Below are positions 58,872 to 64,000 of a DNA stretch of 64,000 bases, one piece after another. Numbering within the stretch: position 1 is the first letter of the stretch; each line of letters opens with the position of its first letter. A program made the translations under genes and the position numbers. The notes under the pieces are model-generated. The model was not told where the DNA came from, ran no database searches, and was given only the letters and a program-made list of their open reading frames with translations. Source of the DNA: Candidatus Nezhaarchaeales archaeon (lineage in GTDB: Archaea > Thermoproteota > Methanomethylicia > Nezhaarchaeales > WYZ-LMO8); assembly GCA_038887515.1 (NCBI GenBank), contig JAWAKK010000001.1, positions 608,001-672,000 of the forward strand, written 5' to 3'.

Positions 58872-59399
58872 CTATTCTTTCAGAACCTTAATTACGTTAT
58901 TTAAAACTTGCTCCCATTCTTCTTGACTTAAGTTGGGTATTGAAAAGGTAGCGTTGGGGTGAAAATATCTGTCGAGCGAGAGCGTCCTTAAATGCGGTGC
59001 AAAGTTTTTGAGTACCGACAACATTTGAGATTGAAGTTGGTACGAAAGACCTATGAAGATCACTAAATCGTGGGGCCCCTTGCCATCTACACTCCATGCT
59101 GGATCCTGGAGCCTATTAGTCACATCGGCTACGGTCATGATTGTGGTGGGCTCTACACCTCTATCCCTTAACGCCTTGCACGTATGGGCGGTAGCTACAA
59201 CGGGTAATCCTATCTTAGCTATCTCAGCTACGAAGTCTATTAGGGGTTTGCCGCTCCATGCATCCTTGAGAGCCGCTCCCCCAACTATGAGTAAAGGTCT
59301 TTTAGCATTTTTTATTAACTTGGCGACGACGTCACCTTTTACTGGCGTAGCCATCTCATGACCTGGCACATTACCCCACTGCCAGGGCTTAACAGTCAT
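58872..59399 (-). CDS. cdhB: ACDS epsilon subunit
   Basis: AKRPLLIVG, L.DP.W..DGKG.HDL, LS.LKNF, YFHPNA.FS. Confidence 0.93.
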   Translation of the reverse strand: MTVKPWQWGNVPGHEMATPVKGDVVAKLIKNAKRPLLIVGGAALKDAWSGKPLIDFVAEIAKIGLPVVATAHTCKALRDRGVEPTTIMTVADVTNRLQDPAWSVDGKGPHDLVIFIGLSYQLQSQMLSVLKNFAPHLRTLSLDRYFHPNATFSIPNLSQEEWEQVLNNVIKVLKE

Positions 59400-59417
59400 A
59401 GCCACGACTACCACCTC

Positions 59418-61772
59418 CTAGACTCTAACAAGTCTTTTTAGGAGCGTTGGATCTATAGATGGCTTTTCCCATGGCTTCCAGCCAACTTCCTTTAAGCACT
59501 GCATTATCTCATCCTTGAAGGTTATCGGTATGTCGGCCTCAGTTCTGATGAAGAGGTGAATATCTGGTGGCAACTTTCCGTAGAGCTTCTTGTATAGGTC
59601 AACGTAGTGGGTCAATTTAATCATCCTACCCTTTGTAGTATCGTTTGGTCTTATGCATAGTTTGGCAGTCCAGACCATGCACTCCTCCATGGTTTCGAGG
59701 GCTATGATCAAGTGTTCAGGTACTGGTCCAACCCAAACCCTTTCTCCAGTCCTTGCATCATAAACAGTAAAGGACTCCCTGTCCTCGGCTTTGCCTAGAT
59801 ACATCCTCCTATACTTTGACCCTTGCGGTCCAATTATGACTGGTATCCCTAGTCTGTTACAACCGGTAGCAATGGATGCCGCCTTTTGAGAGTATGCCCC
59901 CCAAGCGACGCCTACCGCACCAACCCTATTAAGTATGTAATCTGCTATTTCCTCGTAGTTCGCTCTTAAAGGTCTTTTAGCGAATATGTTGGCTATCTTT
60001 ATAGCCGCACCGGTTATGTGGGCATTTGCTACACATGAACCGACATTGACGACGCCGCCCCTCTCGAATGCCCCTGAAAACTCTTCGTATATTGTCTTGC
60101 CTTCTTCGCTTCTCACATAAGAGGCTACCATTGCTGAGCAACCTGAAAGGGTTACTATGTACCCTCTCCTAGCAAACTCTCTTGCCATAGTTGCAACTTC
60201 CCTTCCACCGTTCGGAAAGTTCGCACATCCTACGTAAGCCACAACTCCAGGTATCTCGCCAAGAACTATTGGAGAACCGACCTCCCTTATTTCTGTGTCG
60301 AGTATTGGACCTCTACCAACCCTCATTCTGTACTTCTCGCTCTTAATCTTCTGCTGAGATGCCGCTTCAATCAGCGATAAAGCAGGTATCTTTCTTGGAC
60401 AGGCTTGTTCGCATCTAGCACATCCAAGGCATACGTCGTGTAACATCGACAGTAACTCGAAGTCCCCTTTCTTAGCGTTAAATACTGCCTGATCCACGGG
60501 TAGATCTATTGGACAGTTCCTTCTACAAGTACCGCAAAGCGTACATCCAGCTGCTTGGGATTGTATTTGCGATGCATCAGGTATTACCTTAAACTTCTGC
60601 CTAACAGGCGCCATCCTTATAGCGGTTATAGCTGTAACTGCGCCAGCTTTCTCAAGGTCTGGAAGGAATACTCCAGGTGTCGAACCGCTAACCAACATGT
60701 TCACGATTTTTTCTATCGGTAGTTCGCTGACGTCAGGTAATCCGTAAGACGCCTTGTCTGAAACGGCTATAACGGGTGTCTTTACGCGCTGCGCTTCGTA
60801 GACGACGTTAGTTCTAATGCATTGTTCGTCGACCATTATTGCATCGGCCGCCCCCGACCTTATAATTCTTAGTTGATCTGATATCGGGCCAACTATCTTG
60901 GCCTGATCTCTGTATCTCGTTATATCGTGGGCTGTGCAACATAAACCTCCTATTTCGACTGTTTCCCCTGGACCTCCAAGGCCTGTCTTCTCTAAATAAT
61001 CTATGACTCCTATTCCAGCTGAAACGTTGTGGCCTATACATAAAACCACTGGCTTAGTTAAATCTAGTACTCCGAGCCCGACCCAAGTTAGGGGGGCATT
61101 AGGGTCTCCCTTGGGGAATTTGAATGTTATTATTTGGGCAACGTCAGCTATCTCCATTGCTAAGTGGTCTATCATCCCTACGTGAAGGGCCTTAGACTCG
61201 AAGTCTATGTAGCTACCTTCTTGTCCTGTATGTGAAGCTGCTAAGCATTGGGTTACCTGCTCTTCGCAATAATTGAGTAAGTAAGCTAGGTCGCCTAAAG
61301 TTTTTGGTTTTATCCCGGTTATCAGCCTTGCGTGAGGCATTTCGATAGCTATGTCCTGACCTAAGTTTATCGGGTAGTCCTCACCATATTTCTTAATTAG
61401 ATGGTCAACCATGTGCCTAGCGTGTGCTAAGTGAGTAGACGCTCCGATACAACAGGCGATCAAGACTATTCTGGCAGTCTGCCCTTTCATGTCAAGTCCG
61501 CATGCCCCAAGCTTTCCCTTAGATAGATCGCATTTCCCGTAAGTACATAAACAGCAGTAGTCGCAGAAGGGCGCATAGAAGGGCTTATACCTATTTAGCA
61601 ATAAGTGATCCCAAGCTCTAAGCGTTGAAATGGTTGGGAAGGGCGTTGGCCCTAATGGCTCCCACTCCTCTTCCATTGCTAGTCTCCCTATGGCAACTTC
61701 AACATCCTTTGCGTGAACAAGCCCGCTCGTCAACTCTTTAACCGAGAACTTCAAGGGGCCTTTTTCGACCAT
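59418..61772 (-). CDS. cdhA: ACDS alpha subunit (CO dehydrogenase)
   Basis: CDYCCLCTYGKC, GHN, GLCCTA, DEQC, two ferredoxin motifs, GSCVANAH, CIRPNDT. Confidence 0.97.
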   Translation of the reverse strand: MVEKGPLKFSVKELTSGLVHAKDVEVAIGRLAMEEEWEPLGPTPFPTISTLRAWDHLLLNRYKPFYAPFCDYCCLCTYGKCDLSKGKLGACGLDMKGQTARIVLIACCIGASTHLAHARHMVDHLIKKYGEDYPINLGQDIAIEMPHARLITGIKPKTLGDLAYLLNYCEEQVTQCLAASHTGQEGSYIDFESKALHVGMIDHLAMEIADVAQIITFKFPKGDPNAPLTWVGLGVLDLTKPVVLCIGHNVSAGIGVIDYLEKTGLGGPGETVEIGGLCCTAHDITRYRDQAKIVGPISDQLRIIRSGAADAIMVDEQCIRTNVVYEAQRVKTPVIAVSDKASYGLPDVSELPIEKIVNMLVSGSTPGVFLPDLEKAGAVTAITAIRMAPVRQKFKVIPDASQIQSQAAGCTLCGTCRRNCPIDLPVDQAVFNAKKGDFELLSMLHDVCLGCARCEQACPRKIPALSLIEAASQQKIKSEKYRMRVGRGPILDTEIREVGSPIVLGEIPGVVAYVGCANFPNGGREVATMAREFARRGYIVTLSGCSAMVASYVRSEEGKTIYEEFSGAFERGGVVNVGSCVANAHITGAAIKIANIFAKRPLRANYEEIADYILNRVGAVGVAWGAYSQKAASIATGCNRLGIPVIIGPQGSKYRRMYLGKAEDRESFTVYDARTGERVWVGPVPEHLIIALETMEECMVWTAKLCIRPNDTTKGRMIKLTHYVDLYKKLYGKLPPDIHLFIRTEADIPITFKDEIMQCLKEVGWKPWEKPSIDPTLLKRLVRV

Positions 61773-62285
61773 TAACTAAACCTCCAATAATGCGGCAAGA
61801 ACAAAATAACTGCCTCTATAGAATGTTTTAAAACTTACGCGTAGAAATCATTCGAGAGATAAAATCGATTAAAAGTGCAACGAAGTAGTAATTGAAAGGT
61901 AATGAATTTAGCGCTTGCATAATATTAAAAGCAAGAATCCTCTTGTTAACAAGTCATAGCACATAATCCTTCAAAGAGTAGCTTCGGCAACCTTAGTACA
62001 GCTACAATATTAAAAAGTACGCGGATTTCAACGTTATCTCGACGAACTCGCTCAGTGAGGTATCTAAACAGTTTGTCTATGAAAGTCATTATTTGTCGGT
62101 CCAGAAAAGTTTTCGACGAACGCTTGAACTTATGCTCGTACTCCCTAGCCATACAACGCCGTAGGGACTGTACCTCGCTGACTTTCGGCAAAAATAACTC
62201 TTTACTACCCATCGTTAACTGATGATTTAACGGTTATTCGAAGAACATATTAGTTAATCTCCTTGTAGAGGTATTTGGATCTCTC

Positions 62286-62705
62286 ATGTTCGAGAAGGGA
62301 GAGTTAATTAGCATAAGAGAGTTGGAGGGAGGGTTAACCCACGATAGGTTCCTGCGGAGCGCTGTTCAACAGAGGATAAAAGCGTTTAAAGATTTGAAGC
62401 CCGAAGAAGTTAAGGTCGTTGCCATAGCTGTAGGCGGTAGGGTCGTAGACTTTAAGATTGATGAGTCGACTGCTTGGGCTATAGCGGTGACTCCGCTACC
62501 GGGCTTCCACATAGTTTACTGTATGCAGAAATACTCACCAGAGTTTGAGGATACCATCGAAGTGCTATTCTCGAAGAAGGCTTTAGAGTTTGGGATGCCA
62601 GCTGAAGATGCCAGTGAGTGGGCTATTCTATACCTAAATGCAATGATATACGCAGCCAGGAAAATACTTAAGAAGGATTTTGGGAGAATCTCACATTACC
62701 TCTAA
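62286..62705 (+). CDS. Hypothetical protein
   Basis: 139-aa ORF with GAGGT SD; no recognised motif. Confidence 0.6.
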   Translation: MFEKGELISIRELEGGLTHDRFLRSAVQQRIKAFKDLKPEEVKVVAIAVGGRVVDFKIDESTAWAIAVTPLPGFHIVYCMQKYSPEFEDTIEVLFSKKALEFGMPAEDASEWAILYLNAMIYAARKILKKDFGRISHYL

Positions 62706-62753
62706 CACATTAAAGCATAAAAGTCTCTAGCGTCGGTTTAAGGAGAATGTGGA

Positions 62754-62831
62754 GGGCCGGTAGTTTAGCCCGGCTAGAACGCTACCCTTACGAGGTAGTG
62801 GTCCCCGGTTCAAATCCGGGCCGGCCCACCA
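62754..62831 (+). tRNA. tRNA-Val(TAC), intronless, encoded CCA
   Basis: GGGCCGG/CCGGCCC acceptor stem, CTACC-CT-TAC-GA-GGTAG anticodon arm, GGTTCAAATCC T arm, ACCA end. Confidence 0.97.
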
Positions 62832-62989
62832 TCTTTTGGGTACGAGATTAAGTATCTGTCTAGCCTTGCGTTGGCTATCCCAATAGGAATTAGAAACGTT
62901 CTTCCCTTCCAGCTTCTTTTAAATCTTGTAATACTAAAGTGCATTTATGTATTTCTGTGCATTCTCCACCCTCTTAAAGCTCCTCATGC

Positions 62990-63480
62990 GATGTTGCAGT
63001 TCTTAATAAATTCCATAACCTTCCCAGGATTCTCTACTAAATCGTCAAGAGGTACTGGTTGTGGAGGTGGAAGAATACCTCGTCTAGCACCACAGAATGT
63101 TGAGCAAAGAATCAGCTTCTTGGCTTTTTCAGGGTATTATAACACTAGCTCTTGAGCTATCATCCTACCAATCGAGAAGCCTAAGACGTTGGCTTTGGAG
63201 ATGCCTAATGCATCCATTAGGCCAGCAGTGTCGTCAGCAAAGAGCTTTATGGAGAACGATTTTTGACCCGTGTTACTACGTCTAGCATATCTATAGCCGA
63301 TTCTTTTGTCCAGCACCAAGATGTCAAAGAGAGTGGGCTTGAAGTGCTTTGATAATTTCGAAATCATTTTTGGATCCAACTAATCTAAGTTCCCAGCTAA
63401 GCCCATTATCATGACTAAAGGGCTCCTTCGCCCTTGATATCGTAGTAGATGTTTACGTCTCCCACCTTTATCTTAAGCAT
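62990..63480 (-). pseudogene. Alpha/beta hydrolase pseudogene
   Basis: MLKIKVGDVNIYYDIKGEG/LVMIMGL..* ..FADDTAGLMDALGI.KANVLGFSIG.MIAQE..*YPEK..KLIL, with a frameshift and stops; 3' end approximate. Confidence 0.8.
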
Positions 63481-63660
63481 AGACCTCCTCACACAATGCG
63501 TAACTCCTTTCTTTTACAATACCCCTGTCTATGGTCATGAGTCTATAGAGATTTCGGGCTTCTCTGTTGGAAGGATGTAAGAATAAACGAAGTATCAAGT
63601 TTATCCAGCAAGGAATAGGTTCATAGTCAAGATGAGGGAAAATGGAGGTATGTGGGTGGT

Positions 63661-63951
63661 CTACCTGTTTTTCTGCTTTGATTTCTCTCTTAGCATCCTT
63701 TCAAGGTAATCTGTCCTCTCGAGGGGGAGTGCACCCAACCTTTTCAGATTAGCTATGCACTCAGCCGCAGATTTACACCACATAATACATGACTCTGACG
63801 CCTCCCTCTTGACCACTCTACTGCACTCGGGACACTTCCTCTCAATCTCATACTCAAAGAACTCTACTTCAGCTCCACAAACTGGACAGTAGGCAATTAT
63901 TATTTGAGGTTCAACTAAGCTCTTAGTCCCTGGACAATATTTTAGTGCCAT
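63661..63951 (-). CDS. Small Cys-rich zinc-ribbon/metal-binding protein
   Basis: CPG..CPVCG.EVEFF..E..KCPEC..SCI.WC..A.EC (8 Cys). Confidence 0.7.
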   Translation of the reverse strand: MALKYCPGTKSLVEPQIIIAYCPVCGAEVEFFEYEIERKCPECSRVVKREASESCIMWCKSAAECIANLKRLGALPLERTDYLERMLREKSKQKNR

Positions 63952-64000
63952 AAGCCCGACACCTTGTTCTAAGCCCTCCTTATCTTACCGTCAATTGTCA

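Noticed and set aside
633-61185. Many antisense or alternate-frame ORFs of 60-160 aa
   Set aside because: They are shadows of well-supported genes, with Ser/Thr/Pro-rich composition and no motifs
61946-62212. 88-aa ORF upstream of cdhA, possible transposase remnant
   Set aside because: No recognisable motif, terminal repeats or SD
1-64000. Genome-wide TAG recoding
   Set aside because: Conserved genes (elp3, cdhA, cdhD, cdhE, herA, bax1) end in TAG at the expected C-termini
1-64000. CRISPR array, rRNA or integrase
   Set aside because: No regularly spaced repeats, long GC-rich RNA stretch or recombinase motifs were seen

Overview
Gene-dense, roughly 43% GC (estimated by eye) chromosome segment of an anaerobic, probably thermophilic archaeon. 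It looks TACK/Thermoproteota-like; the combination of ACDS, NifB and methanogenesis marker 8 suggests a methanogen-related lineage such as Nezhaarchaeales (inference). It holds mostly housekeeping genes: thi4, thyA, lig, cysS, trm14, nth, hmgA, elp3, mvk, an aglH-like gene, PINA, a mre11-rad50-nurA-herA operon tail-to-tail with xpb-bax1, a complete cdhABCDE operon and tRNA-Val(TAC). No CRISPR array, integrase or intact transposase was seen. Most interesting: (1) an AEP primase/polymerase fused to an unknown domain with a PIP-like tail, directly upstream of DNA ligase; (2) an HTH plus solute-binding-fold regulator divergent from a symporter-thi4 operon, with a perfect 14-bp-arm palindrome over that operon's start; (3) scars of a second cdhE-cooC junction, showing two ACDS loci were merged; (4) a GINS-B-like domain fused to membrane helices; (5) an in-frame amber codon in alanine dehydrogenase; (6) an orphan nifB; (7) a candidate C/D box sRNA. 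All calls come from motif recognition by eye; no searches were run.
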